63,813 bases of DNA, filler included, from Dirinaria sp. TL-2023a (GCA_051941275.1; 33 parts of 33 records of this genome joined end to end with filler, not necessarily neighbours in it); one strand, 5' to 3'; shown: positions 23,510 through 37,956, counted from the whole stretch's first letter. Numbers and translations: made by a program. The notes: a model not told the origin generated them from the sequence alone.

Positions 23510-25418
23510 AAGGTACAGTAGAGTACAGTAACAGAGAGCGAAAATAATGCTAGAAGGTAAAAGGTAAGGTACAACAAGGTAGTAGCTGGGACAAGGGACG
23601 GGAGGGCGAGGGCGAAGGAGGGAACTTGGGGCCCTGAGGGACAAGCGAGACAGTTACTAGTTACTACTACTAGGTAGGACTCCGTCGATTTGCTCGAATG
23701 AGGATGCGCCTGCAAGGGTGGTCAATGAACGCGCTAGGCATTACAGTAAAAGGCCCCAATCCCCATTTCCCTAAGAAAAAAACCCTAGCAGAAACCCATC
23801 CCAGTCACCCAGAGTGCCCAGTGCCCAGACAGCTAGCGATCAAAGGGCGGCACCAACTCCTCTTCTATTCAGAATTTATTCAGGGGTGCTCCACAAGGCC
23901 AGCCAACAATGAGAAAGAGTAGCAAAAGTGGCTTTCCCATTATTTCGCCCTTCCGGCCAATCAAGCCGCGGATGGCGCAATTATCCGAAAGTGGCATTTG
24001 GGCCCTTGCTGCCCTTGCCGAGGGACCACCGGACCAGCCTGTTCAACCCGCCCCAACCCGCAAACCCGCAACCAGGCTCGCCAGGGCTCTTCAGGCCCGT
24101 CATTCGATAGAACCAGCGATCCACTACTACCTAGGTACCTTACCTTACTTTGGTCACCTTCAATCTTTGCCCCGCGAGTTCGTCCCAGTGGTTGCACATT
24201 GGTAGTCAGCATCACACAGGCGGTGAAAGGAAAATAAGAAGGGTGTCGTGTCCATCCACTGACAGAGCCCAGACAGCCCCATCTCACTGTAACCCCCTCC
24301 TTTTGATCTTGAAGCGAGAAAAGTAATTCGTTGGTGGGCCACAGGTTCTATTGATGGCTTAGTTCCTTCGGCAAGATGCGCCCCTATAGCGGCGGCGCTT
24401 AAGCATCTCCATTCTCCTTCGACTAAAGATGCCTGCCAATAAATATTCTGAAGAACTCCGGCTCACACAAAAGGAACAAAGGACGGAAAAAGAAAAGAAG
24501 AGAAAAAAAAAAAAAAAAAAAAAAAAAAGCCCCCAGCGGCCCAGCCTGGTCTCTGAACTGGCCCACTAAGAATAAGATTCTGCAGCACCGTTGTTGGTTC
24601 ACTTAATAATAATCCTTCTTCCTGGAGTTGCACCATGGTAACTCCGTACTAGAGTTAGTACATAGGGTATTCCTGCAGCAGCTTCGACCAAGGAGCGATC
24701 TTTGCGCCTCTTTGTCAAACAGACGAGAGACGACCGTGGCTCGGCTCTGCAGTTGTTGTTGTAGTAGTAGTAGTAGTAGTAGTAGTAGCTGCATCTCTCG
24801 ATTGATCCGCCCGCCGGATCCGCCTGCTTTTTTTTGGCGATGGATGATTGTCTCACGCTATTATTCTCAAGCACTCGTGAAGCAGGATGCACCGGCACCG
24901 CCCCCAGCCTTCCATATATAGATTCTGAAACGCGATCCCGGACAATTGCCGGCGTCGGAGAGTCGGAACTCTGTTTGATGCTCAGGTACAACGCGGGTTA
25001 GGGCAGGGTTTGCGGCAGATGTCAGGTACGACCGTACGAGGGGTTTTATCATCATTGTTGCGCATTTGTCTTCGATTATTGTCATTATTAGAACTAAGTA
25101 AGGTACCTTGGTCTAATCTGGATAGTATCCAACTTGTGCACAAGGCATCCAAAACTTGGAATATTGGCGGAAGGTCTGCATTTACATTCTAAAGGCCGCT
25201 ATAGCTAGTTTTACTTACAGCTCGTTCCCTCCAAATAAATGGCAACGGTCTATGTACAAGAAATGGCAAAAGGCCAGGCAGGAAGACCGCACTGGCACAA
25301 TCCCCCCCAGCCCCCGCCNNNNNNNNNNNNNNNNNNNNNNNNNNNNNNNNNNNNNNNNNNNNTTAATTAATTAANNNNNNNNNNNNNNNNNNNNNNNNNN
25401 NNNNNNNNNNNNNNNNNN

Positions 25419-27261
25419 ATGTAAAGAGTCACGAACATTCCTTTTTTTCAGATGAGCAACTCGTCAGAAATCGAAACGAAACACAGTTATTTTCATGTGA
25501 TCATAAAGTTCAGAATTTAGCTAGCATACGTGAATATTTAACATGATAAAGCAAGATGCTAATTAATCGAAAAAACATCTCAGTGCGAAAAATCACGATG
25601 TCTTTTATACAACAGAGAGAATCAAGTTCTCGAAAAAATGATTTATGATATCTGCGACCAAATAAGCGAATAATAATAGCATAAACGCTGATAAAAGAGT
25701 TTCATGAGATTGATACTAAAAAAACTATTGACATAAGCGTCTGCGAAAGAGTTTTCGTAACTGCTCATAATATAATTGTTGATGAAGATGTTTCATGAAG
25801 ATGATACTAAAAAAGTTATTGACATACACGTCGATGAAAGAGTTTTATAAAGCTGTAAACATTTTATCAATCGTAATTCGAATGTTTCGATGAAAAACGA
25901 GAGAACATTTCGATCAAATGATTCTGTTTGTCGCTCATGTCATCATCATTCATCTCATCGTTCTGTTTCTCGACGACAATACGTCTGTGTAAATGCGAGA
26001 CAGTTTTCTCTGTTTTCGAATCGATTTCACTCAAAAATGCGTCAGAGTTGTTGCTGATGTCGACGTTATACTCTTTAGATTTAGAAATCGAAGATTCATC
26101 GCGCTCGAGATACATTTCGACGAACTGTTTCGTGAACTTTTTTCTGAGATGCAATTGATCATAAAAACTTAGCAGATAAAGACGAATGTAATTCAGTAAA
26201 TTGAAATTCAATAAATTGATCTCGTGAAATTCATATAATCGATCGATCACAATCAATTGAGTTAACGCATTTGCGTTGAATCAGTTTTGAGTTTTGTCAA
26301 CAATCATGTAAAAAACATACATTTGAGAAATTTAAAAATCTTTTGAGAGAGATCTTCGATGTTCACGACAGTTACATTGAAGACGAATGCTGTTTTCAGT
26401 CAATAAATGTTCAGATCTCGTTGAAACTCGCGTTTCAATTGTTTGACTATTCGAAATTCAATTAAATAGACTGATTTGTCATCTCGCGTCATCGACATTC
26501 AAACTTGTCGAATCTTTCTTACAATCTTGAGAACGATCATTTTTCACATCTTATAACAGATCTGAATTCGTTTTCTCAGAGTTTTGTACGTCTCATGAGT
26601 TGTCTTAATTTTGAGCAACACTCGTCGCATCGACTCATTCAGCATTTCTCGAGAAAAATACGCTAAATAATAACGACGAGCTCACATGTTGAGCTCTGAC
26701 ACTGTTTGATTTTCGATTTTGACAAAATCATTGAAATAACGAGCGTCGAATGATGATTTAAACGACGAAAAATCGATCTGAATGTCATGCGTTTGAGATT
26801 GATTTTCTCTCATATTTGAGAACTCATGTTGACTGTTCTCATTGCTCGTTCGACTCACTATGATAAAAAAAAACACGTCGATTTCGTGATGTTTGAAGAT
26901 TTGTATACTCAAAATCTCTGACATTAGAAACGATCTTGTTTTTGTTTACGAGAGATTTGCTCGAAAATTTTCTGATCATGCTGTCGCTGATTTTTACTGC
27001 GAGATTTTGATTTCGCGATGATTCAGATTCAGCATTATTGTTGATGCGAGAATTTGAGAATTGTAACTGTGTTTTTTTACGAGATTGAGACGCTTTGAAG
27101 ATTTTTTTTGTATTCGAATTGAGCTCTGTGTTTTTTCGCGAATAGTTTTTTTCGAGAGACGTTTTTTCTTAGCTCGAACGTTCTAACAATCTTTTCTGAG
27201 AAACGCTCTTTCTCATGTTCGTTATATCATAATCAGATTCATCGTTTTCGTACGTCTGACT
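25419..27261 (-). repeat. CC/GG-depleted dispersed repeat, copy 2
   Basis: Homologous to 17627-19030; encodes the near-identical pseudo-ORF MIVIDRL...SSKHSNYD. Confidence 0.9.
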
Positions 27262-27361
27262 NNNNNNNNNNNNNNNNNNNNNNNNNNNNNNNNNNNNNNN
27301 NNNNNTTAATTAATTAANNNNNNNNNNNNNNNNNNNNNNNNNNNNNNNNNNNNNNNNNNNN

Positions 27362-28391
27362 GTTCGCCTCGCTCGATGATGTCTACTATCTCGGATAGCG
27401 TTTGGTATTCTGGGGTCCTTTGGAATGCTGGAGCCATCTGACAGTAGGAGCTGAAGGCGCGGGATATTGCCACCATGTCCTACACTCGCCCAGCGTCTGT
27501 TAGCTCTTGAAATACACAAGCGAAGTCATGCTTTCGCGTGTGTAGGTAGGAACGCACATTGCCAATCAACCGACATAGCCCGGCCTTGAAAAGACAAGGA
27601 TAAGCACTGGGCGCCGTAATCGAACCGCTGTCGCAATGTAGCCTCGCGGCCTCTTCCCAGTTCTCAGCTCCTCTAGCGTAGTCGCCGCGTTTAGACGCTA
27701 ATTCGGCTATATTGGGGAGCAACGCTCGTCTAGTACTGTTGAGAGACTCGGTGAGTGCTGGTTCGTACGGTAAAGATAGTCAGATGTTTTAGACTCACAA
27801 TGGTTTATCGCTAACCCAATCCGCAGCGTTCTGATATGTTTCAAGCGCTTTGGTCTCGTCCTTCAGTTGCTTCTCGTACACCCCTGCTAGAGTTTTGGCA
27901 TGTGGCGATGCTGCAGAAAAATTTCCCCGCGTGTCAACCCAGTATGAGACGATACGCTCTAAGCATCGTGCTCTTCCAGCTGCATCTGCATCACCATAAT
28001 TGCTGGCGGCTTTTGTAAATGTTTCGTTTGCGTCGCTGTCTCTTTTCACCCAGAGCTCAAGCTCAGCAGCCTGCTCGTACGCCTGAGCGGCTTCTATTTC
28101 TGCTCGGAATAAGCTGGAAATTCCTGATGATAGATGGGTTGTATCACATACGTTGCCTTTGCTTTATCAAAATGATGGCTGCCTGCTTGTAGAGTTCGAT
28201 TGCTTTCTTGTAGTCGTCAAATTTTGCATCGTAAGTGCTGATATATTTTCTAATGCCTTGGAAAAGGCCAAGAGGTTTCTCGATGTATGCTCTCGCCTAG
28301 AGGATGTGTTTAGCGATATATGTGCGGCTTAGCTGTAGCTGAAGAGACAGACCTGCTGTAGAAGAGCATCTGGATGTTGAGATCTGTTCAT
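27362..28391 (-). CDS. Divergent alpha-SNAP (Sec17-like) protein, at least 5 exons, 3' truncated
   Basis: MNRSQHPDALLQQ|A...AIELYKQAA...EAAQAYEQAA...RGNFSAA...LAGVYE...ALETYQNAADW...IAELASKRGDY...LFKAGLCRL|DMVAISRAFSSY follows the Sec17 motif order. Confidence 0.78.
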
Positions 28392-28699
28392 GGTCTGTAC
28401 TTTGGATGATCCGAAGAGTGACCTGAGTGAGCTAGGTGTCAGTTCCGAGGCTATTTACGATCAAGAATCGTGGATGAACCAAATCAATCCTTGCGATCTT
28501 GCTGCTGAATGGTTCGAGGGCCAGATTGTTATCCAGAGTCATGGGCGCCGGCTAAACAATCTGCCGCGCCGAGACGCGTGACCCGTTGCCCAGTACGCTT
28601 TTGACTGTTGGGAACTCCCTCATCTTCAACAGAGATGATATAGACTTTATAGCGTCTCAAAGCAGAGGCTTACCATAGTCTCCTTGTCTTCACCTGGCC

Positions 28700-29202
28700 A
28701 TGCGTCTCCATCTTGCCAAGTTTTGGGCGCTGCCACGGAGGTTCTTATCCCACTGCTCTCCGCTCCGCAACGTTGGGCCCGCTGTGCAAAATAGCAAAGA
28801 GATCGAAGCTATGCTTGTGAAGCCATCCTGGTCTGTGAAAACGCTCTTCAAGTCCAAGGAGGAAGCTTCGTCGATGTCAAGCTCGATCAACCGTGAAAGG
28901 TTGCACCATCTTCTTCGCTTGTCAGCGCTCCCACTTCCAGGTTCTGCCACAGAAGAAGCTACCATGTTAAGAGACCTAGATCTACAGTTGCACTTTGTGC
29001 GCACGATCCAAAGCGTCGATACAACCAAGGTGCAGCCGCTTGTGAGCCTTCGCAACGAGACCGAAGAAGGATACAAAACTGAAGCAATAACCCTCGACAA
29101 ATTGAAGGAAGATTTGGCGAAAGAGGAGGTGGTAGGGACACGAGGGCGTATCAGGAGGAAGTCCAACGTGAAGGCTGAGGAAGATGACGCAGAGAATTGG
29201 GA
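28700..29202 (+). CDS. Mitochondrial Glu-tRNA(Gln) amidotransferase small subunit (GatF/Gta3-like), truncated
   Basis: Basic presequence; KPSWSV, LHHLLRLSALPLP, QLHFVRTIQSVDT..VQPL. Confidence 0.8.
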
Positions 29203-29302
29203 NNNNNNNNNNNNNNNNNNNNNNNNNNNNNNNNNNNNNNNNNNNNTTAATTAATTAANNNNNNNNNNNNNNNNNNNNNNNNNNNNNNNNNNNNNNNNNN
29301 NN

Positions 29303-29541
29303 GGGTGTTTACCCGACACCCGCACACACGCATATATACCCGGGACCCCCTATTGTATCTAGTTTTCCTTCTTCTTCTTTCCTTAGTGATAATATCCTTA
29401 GTTAACTATACCTGCATTGACTTGCTCTGCACCGGTCCTAACATATTGTATCTAGTTTTCCTTCTTCTTCTTTCCTTCCTTAGTGATAATACCTTAGTTA
29501 ATTATACCTGCATTGACCAGAGCTCTGCACCGGTTCTAACA
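29303..29541 (+). mobile_element. LTR with its 3' ~95 bp present twice in tandem (29351-29443, 29444-29541)
   Basis: TATTGTATCTAGTTTTCC...CTGCACCGGT(C/T)CTAACA twice; same family as 7541-7753. Confidence 0.85.
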
Positions 29542-29873
29542 ACACATTAAAATCTACGGCGCTTGCTGTCGTCGAAGCAGCAATAACAAACAAGAGAAGT
29601 AAAACGCTAGTCAGAATAGAGACGATATACATAGAAGGCACATTTACATCTACACTCACATCCGCATCGTCGCAAACTACTTCGCCGTCGTCTCGAAGAC
29701 GCGAATCGCGCACTCGTGCTCACTCGCGCTTCAAATCACTGAATAGAGGTTAGGAAAATGAGCATGAGTATGCGAGAAAGAGAAATGAAGCAGAAAAAAA
29801 AAACATACACGAGATCAAGAGCGTCTCTTCGAAGTCGCGATACGAATATAACAACTCGTTCTAGTCAGTCTCT

Positions 29874-31142
29874 ATGCTAGAAAACGAAACGTTGACGATA
29901 TTACAGTATAACGTGAATAAATCGCGGGTAAGAGTAATGATATCGCTATTCGAAAGCGACGGCATTATCGATTATGATATACTGATAATACAGAAGCTCT
30001 GAAGAAATCTCTTTTAGATAACAACAAACAACAGATTGAGTCAATACTTTGATTTATACTTTCAGAATTATCAGCAAACAAGAGTCTATTTTTATGTCAA
30101 CAAAAGAATTTCGCTAGCATCATACACAGTGTCGTATAGATCATCGAACTTAAATATTATTAACATTGCGGTATCTTCGAAACGAAAGATCAACATACAC
30201 AACATATATAACTCAAAGAAAGATAACAACGATATGAGCACGTTATCGACGTTAAAAAAATTACTAGAAGAGAACCGCGATGACGAGCACATAGTAATCG
30301 GCGATTTCAATTTACATCACCTCAAATGGGAGAGTCAGAGAATTAGAGCAGATGTCGAAGTATATAATCTTATTTTGCTAGCAGAATAGCATAGTTTGAA
30401 AAGAACATTATCGACAGACACTATAACATGAAAACAGATATCACTAGAAAGCACAATAGATCTGATTTTCATCACATCGTTGCTGCGAGAGAGCTTCATA
30501 GAGTGCAAGATAGCAAAGAATATGAAGAGTCACTCAGATCATTATCTCATCAGAACGATTTTGAATTTAAAGACTATATTTGCAGTGAGAAGTGAGAAAA
30601 GAAACTGAGTTAAAATGAAGATAGCAATGCTGCGAGAAACGACACGAGAGTTTATAAAAGAAGAGTCGACACTGAGTCTCGATAACGCGAGCGACAGCGA
30701 TCTGATCAGCAGCGCGATAAACGAGCAAGTACAGCTGCTAATCGACATCATAAAGAAAGCAATTGACGCATCAACATTATTTTGTAGATATAACTCGAAG
30801 ATGAAATTCGACTTCACAGAGAAATGCAAAGAAGTATTTCGCAAAGCTAAAAAACTTAAAAAAAGATATCAACAAAGCAGAGATGAAAAGAACTAAAAGC
30901 GCTACAAAAAAGTCAGAAATCGTTTAGACAAGATCGTCAAGAAAGCAATGACAGCGAAATTTAGAAAAGAGACGACTGAAGTTTGCGAAACGTCAACGAA
31001 GATGTGATCAAGATGCAAGTGAATAAGAAAAGACGCGATGCAAGAAACAAGCATGTCAGTATTATATACTCAATCATCGCTTGTATCAGAAGTCGAATCA
31101 GTAAAGAAAGCAGAAATACTGCTCAAGACGTTCTTTTCATCA
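29874..31142 (+). mobile_element. Tad1-like LINE ORF2 apurinic endonuclease region, inactivated
   Basis: LTILQYNVNKS, IIQKL* (= QEPW), RVYFYVNKRI, IHNIYN, HIVIGDFNLHH, STIDLIF, SDHYLI. Confidence 0.92.
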
Positions 31143-32940
31143 NNNNNNNNNNNNNNNNNNNNNNNNNNNNNNNNNNNNNNNNNNNNTTAATTAATTAANN
31201 NNNNNNNNNNNNNNNNNNNNNNNNNNNNNNNNNNNNNNNNNNAATTACAAAAAAAAAAAAAAAAAAAAAAAAAAAGTCGATAAGGGGAAGGAGCGTTGAC
31301 TCATTCCAAGGCAACCAGTATCTTTTAAACGCGATGGACTTTATCAAAGAAACCCCTTTCCTCTAAAGGCTGGATTTAGAGACATAGTTAAACCCTTTCG
31401 TCAGTTGCGCCTCAAGATTTCTTTAATTCTCCTTTAGAGGTATGTTGTTCTAGAAATTGAACTGACCTCACTTGTTTAAAAACGCCTAAAAAAAAAAAAA
31501 TTCAATCATTTCCAGAGTCCAGACATGCTGAGGTCTGCTCCACTGCACAGTCGCTAGGCTCAAAGCATGTTCCATAGATCAGATTGCGGAAAAGAAAACA
31601 GGATGATAAATGAGCACCGGGTTCTCCTAATAGATAATTTATGTGAAAATTGACCTGAGTTCTTCGAGACAACTCCTACAGACCTTAGGGTTCTATCATA
31701 ATATATTGACATGATTTTATAATACTGCGAAGCTGCCAAGTACATCTTTCAAATCACCACCTGTAAGATTGAGAAAACTCATCACTACTAACAAATGCTA
31801 AGGATAGTGTGATAAAAATGGTTAGACTATAGAATAGTTAGCGGATCCTGGGTATTTACTGCCCACAAAAGCTCTTCTTTTAGTTTTAGGCAAGGGAGCA
31901 CCAATACACATACAAAGTCTCGATTCACCTCCAAATCATTCAAACCTGACACCATCCCAAGCCACAAAACCCTCTTCAAAGGCTCCGAGACGACTAGCGC
32001 AGCATCCACCATTGTCTTCTTGGCTCCGAGTTACAGTATTATGATCTAAACTTCCCTCCTGAAAGTAGAACAATCAAGTCTCAGCTGTAAAAAGCCATCA
32101 GTTGATCGAACCGACTCGTGCCTCTCCTTCGCTTTCAATAATGATTTCCCTGCGGGACGTAATCGATCACGAAAAAAACAAAACTAGGTTAGAACGAGCG
32201 CGATCTTACCGGAAGGACAAAATTTATTGTATCCTATCCAAATAATAAACCAAGGCGATCGTCTAAACTGGTTTCAACCTCATGTTTCACCTGCTCAAGT
32301 TTCTTGTTTCTTCAAGCATGCAGGTACCGCTAAAATGCCAACCTATTGGACTACATATTACAGAAACCCCCTTGCACTGATCTACGTATGCACTTTATTA
32401 TTTTCCCGACCTGCAGCGGCCTGACCTTAGCGGCGGCTGCGTAGAAGCGCGAAACGCTGGCTCTCCGGGCAGAGAAAAAAGCCTGTTTACAGCACTTGAG
32501 ATTATGCTTTGAATCATTGTGGTGGGATTTAATTTTCTTTCTTGGGTTTCCTATAGGTTATACGCATGGCTTTGAAATACAAAGGTATTGAATTATTTTT
32601 CGATGCTTGTTGTTGAACGCTGTCATGATATTTTTCCTCCCAAGAAGGTCCAGGAACGGGAAGCGGCTACAAGTTCTTTTAGCCGCAAAGGTAAGATTAC
32701 GACACGGGATGGTTTCTACTGATGGAGTTATACATGATAGCATTACCATTGTATCGTGCGACTATGGTGCCGTTCCTGCGCCTCGTTGATGATGGCTCTG
32801 ATAAATTCAATTGATAAAGCAAGCATGCCCACGACCCGAAAACGAAATTTCTCTACTATCAATGTAGGTTTTACATCCTCTTGCTATCTTCTATACCGAT
32901 ATCAATCAGTCTCCGGATTTTCACGCAAGTTCGATTGACG

Positions 32941-33081
32941 ATGCATTATTATACCTCCATCACCATCTTCTCGCTCACCATATCTCTCCTCCCAACCATC
33001 CTCGCAGCTCCATCACCAACTTCACCCTTTCTCGCACGCAGAGCTGATCCGCCAGATGCCAACCCGCGAACCGTGCATGAG
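32941..33081 (+). CDS. N-terminus of a probable secreted protein, truncated
   Basis: MHYYTSITIFSLTISLLPTILA|APSP signal-peptide pattern followed by a dibasic ARR site. Confidence 0.55.
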
Positions 33082-35117
33082 NNNNNNNNNNNNNNNNNNN
33101 NNNNNNNNNNNNNNNNNNNNNNNNNTTAATTAATTAANNNNNNNNNNNNNNNNNNNNNNNNNNNNNNNNNNNNNNNNNNNNGCCTGCAATCGTCGCTAGG
33201 GATATCCGCTTTCTCAGTGACTTGGGCCACGCAAGCTTGTGTTTTGACAATTTGTCTTCGAGCTTGAAACTTGAGAAAGCTGATACATCGTGTTACATTG
33301 GACGGTCCATTGTTTGCTCACAATATCAAGATTTTAGTATTCTGAAAAATGTTCAAGCTCTTGCAATTCGAGAATGAATCAATAACATAGGAGATAGTGA
33401 AATAGAGTGTACGAGTACGGGCAAATGACGTCGATTGGATGGGTCAATAGAATATCGCCAGCATGGCGTGAAATACAAGAGCCTTAAAGAAGATATAGGC
33501 AATGTTCGCCTTGGTCATGCATCGCGCCTTTTTATAACTCCCCCAGACTCGCTTTTATAAACCCGGTCAGCGAACGAAGCAGTAGTAGTTCTTTATGGTA
33601 GTCTTTACGCAGCTGACTTCATAAAATGAGGGCAATATAAAAATCTTTCAATTGATGTGATATAGTATTGCCACAACATTAAATAAATATGAAGGTGATT
33701 GGACACCCAGCATTACTATATATTCTAGAAAGCTTCATGCTAGGCATGAGAAGGCCCTGTCACCTAGAAAGCAGGTAAGCTAAAGCAAAGGCCTTATCAG
33801 GCGAGGCCGCAGATGCCAAGCTAGAAACCATCAAAGTGACACGGAGATTCAGCTTGCTGGTTCTCAAGAGTAGTAGAATATGTCGTCAATCGAGGCGGTG
33901 GGCATGCTGAAACACATGTGACATCCTTTCACGTTCTCCATGTGCAGCGTGACTGGCTCTGAAGAAAGGCTGTGAGTTGCGTTGCTTGAGACCCTCGATT
34001 TGAGGAGAAACGGTGCGTTAAGACGAGGTTTAGTACGATGTAGATGACAAAGAAGTGGAAAGCGTGAGTATTTATTTAGGGAAGCAATATTCCCAAACAA
34101 GCTTCCTTCCTTCTCGCGTCATCTCGATTTGCTAGCAGATGGGTAGTCATCAACAAGGTTACATGATTTGACAGCCACTTTGACATCCTGAAGCATCTAG
34201 CGAGATGTAGAGGAGTAGGAACCGACTAATGATTGCTAATGGGATTCCATCGGATGACGCCGTGCTTAGATAACGTCAAGACTATTATGTGAGATGATGC
34301 GTAAATTTATCAAATTTATAGGAATAGAACGCCCGACGGCTCAACTCTTCTTGTGCCCTCGTACCATTGGCTTTGCTCGCGTCGTTCGCTGCGTTCGCAC
34401 CCTGCGCAGAGGCTTGAGCTCAATGGTGAGGATGGTAACAATCAGTATATAGCAGAAAGCGTATGGTGGATCTTGCCGTGATTGGATGTAGGATCAACTA
34501 TAGATTAGGCGGCACGCACGCTTCCTCCCCACTATGAGCACCTTTAACCCTTACGCTCCCTCATCTGCTACTTACACGCCTACCTGAGCTACTTGCCCCT
34601 TCTCATCTATTGGAGCACCGAGCCGCAATGAACAAAGTGGCCCGCACAAGTACGGGCAGATCAATTTCTTAATGGACAAGCTCTGCAACTTGTTCAGACG
34701 AACCTACGATCTGACAAGGCACGAGGATAGAATCGACAACAACGCAAAGCAAAGGTAAGAGATGGGCGGTCGGCAGTGTACGACAAAGAAGACCTTCTCA
34801 AGAACTGATATCTTAACCAGGCACATGGGGGTCATCCACCTGAAAATGGGGTTTTCCGAGAAAAAAAAAAAAAAAAAGGGTGAAAAGGCGCCTAGTGACA
34901 TACCTTACTAACTATCCGTCTTTGGATTGAGTCTCATTAGATTCGCCGTCTTTTGATTCATCACGCCGGTACTAGAGTCAGAGCGCGACGTTGAGGTAGG
35001 AGGGTGGGTTACTGGTCNNNNNNNNNNNNNNNNNNNNNNNNNNNNNNNNNNNNNNNNNNNNTTAATTAATTAANNNNNNNNNNNNNNNNNNNNNNNNNNN
35101 NNNNNNNNNNNNNNNNN

Positions 35118-36950
35118 CTAAAAGACTGCGACGTCTATCGAGCACTTTCTCATTTAAATCTCTGACTTGAGTATCTGCGATGACATTATCACTCAGTTGC
35201 GCTGTCAGCGCTGCTAGTTTGATCGCAGAAGAAACGCTTGCGTCACTCAACTGCTCAGACTGATACTCAGCAAAACGAAGTTTGTTTTGCAATGTGAGTA
35301 GAAAGTCCTCGTTATTATCGTCGTTTTTATCGAGTGTCATAAGATCGAGTTTTCTTGACAACGCATTCGCGGGATTAAGTTTTCCTTTGCGATACTTTAT
35401 GATAAAGTCAAACGCAGCAAGCTTCTCTGCTCAGCGAATTTGCTTAGCAGTGAGCTTCTTCGTTGTTATAAAATAACGAAGATTATTGTGATTCGTGATC
35501 ACACGAATGAGATGTTGACTATTTTGAAGATAGTGTCTTCAATTTTTAAATCTCAGAATTATCGCATATAGTTTCTTGTTATGCGTGTCTCAGCGAGTCT
35601 TCGTTTTCTTAAATTTGTAGCTAAAGAACGCAATCGAGTGTCATTGACGATCGCGACTCAGTTGACTGAGCACATCATCGATTTCTCGTTTTGAAACATT
35701 CGTTTTCATTTGAAGCGAAGCATCTCAATCATAATGCTGCAAAATAAAAACGCTGATGAACGTCTGTTTAAGTCGTTCGAACGTTTTTTTCGTTTTAACG
35801 TTTCAATTGAACGAGAGACGAGCTTCGCTTTTCTTCGTTTCGATCGTTAAATCAGTTAGCGACGCGATTATTTGCGAGAATCCGCGAATAAAGCGTCGAT
35901 AAAATTTAGCAAATCTCAAGAAAATCAAATGTCTTTTTCAGATTTGAGTATCGATCATTCAGAAATGATTTCGATACGCGATTGTTTCATTTGAATCTCA
36001 CTTTGCTTTACTATGAATTTCAGAAAAAATATCTCACTGCGATTGAAAGCACATTTGAATAACTTCGCGTAAAGACGATGTGCTAACAAGACGCGAAGCA
36101 CTCGACGAACATTTTTTCAATGCTGCTTCTCAGTCTTTGAATAAATGAGAACATCATTCAGATAAATCACACAACACACGTCGATGTATGATTTCAACGC
36201 GCGATTTACATAAAACTGAAAGATAACAGAAACGTTAGTCAGATCGAAAGACATCATTTGATATTCAAATTGATCATAACGAGTACGAAACGCGATCTTT
36301 CATTCGTCGTCTTTGCGGATTCGAATGCGATGATAAACGTTTCTAATATCGATTTTGATAAAATGACGAGCACGCGCGAATCGCTCAAACGTCTCAGAAA
36401 GTAACGACAAAAGATATTTATTCTTGATGATAATCTCATTGAGTTCTCGATAATCAATACAAAGTCTCAAATTATTATCGAACTTCTTTACAAATAACAC
36501 AGACGCTTCGATGAGATCGCTGAATGATCGAATTTAATTCTTTTTAAGTGCATCGACGATGTAATTACGAAGCGTCGTCAACTCATTCTGCGACATATTA
36601 TAAACGCATTCGATACGCGGCAATTTCTTATTCATGAGATCGATCGAATATTCTATCTGATCATGAGTGTTAAAACTGTCGAATAGTACTTCAGAGAACA
36701 TTTCTATCATCTCGCGAAGTGATTTCGAGATGACAGATTTTTTCGTTTGCAACGTTTCACAGCACGTCGCGTTCTCGCTAACGTCGCTCGTGTGAAGCAC
36801 TTGATACGACAAAGCAACATAAGTCTCGTTTTATTCTCGAGTCGCGAGAATAACTAACTCGACAAATCTCTCGACTGAGACTACGTGAATATCGATCGAC
36901 TCAGACGTAGTTAATTCTTAACGATATTTTCAAATACGTTCAAATCATTG
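35118..36950 (-). mobile_element. Ty3/Gypsy pol relic (RT and RNase H), inactivated
   Basis: LFVKK..LRLCIDYRELN, KIDIRNVYHRIRI, AFRTRYDQFEY, YLND (= YLDD), RNase H IAFFS..; many TGA at Trp positions. Confidence 0.93.
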
Positions 36951-37956
36951 NNNNNNNNNNNNNNNNNNNNNNNNNNNNNNNNNNNNNNNNNNNNTTAATT
37001 AATTAANNNNNNNNNNNNNNNNNNNNNNNNNNNNNNNNNNNNNNNNNNNNCTTCATCACATGATCACAAAATGCCTCTTCTACTAGTAAAGCATGTATAA
37101 GTCACGTCCCACGCTCCGTATTGTTCTCGAGAGGCTTTTCCAATAAAACATGAAATATCGCTGATACCAAAAACCCATCCATCATTTAGAATACAAGAAT
37201 CTAGATAATAACTCCAGCTTTTACAGCGTAGAAATACTCGTTTTTGCGTTCGCGCCCCCCCACAAAAGAAAAAAAATAATAAAAAAAAGGGGGGAGGGGG
37301 TGGAAGTTCCTGGTAGTACTTATCTAGGTTCGTAAGATAGCAGGAAAAAGGGCTCTGAGTAAAAAAAGCCCTTGATAGAGAAAGAAATTCTTCGATCTCA
37401 CACCCCCGTAACCCCCCACCCCCGCATCTCAGATAATCAGGAGCAAGCAAAACCTTGTCTTTTAAAAAAGCTCAACTGTCCATAGCCATTTTTAATCTAT
37501 GCCCTTGTCTGTTACCCGATATACTTATATATATCCTACCTATATCAAGGTACTTGATCTAAGCTAGCTCGAAACCTCTCTTCCTCTCTCTCTAGACGAG
37601 ACCTCTAGAAGAGAGTCCGTCTGAATATACATGGAAATCTTACTTGCAAAGGTGAAAACTTTAGTAGATAATCGAAATAGTCTGCTGAGTGGGAATTTCC
37701 TGCATGTCTTTTGTTACATCGATCCTTGAGGAACTTTTGATATTTATCTAGGGGGTTTTTTTTGGATGGATGCAGGATATGTAGGAAACATAAGACCAAG
37801 GAGAAGGAAGATAAAAAGGGGGGGAAGGGCGACGATGACGCTGAAACCGCACATTGTGAGAGATATGTAAAGAGGATATATCTTCCGAAAAGAAGAATCC
37901 CGAAAGTTTATAAAAAACAAGGCAATGCAGATGCAAAAAAAAACTTAACAAAATAT

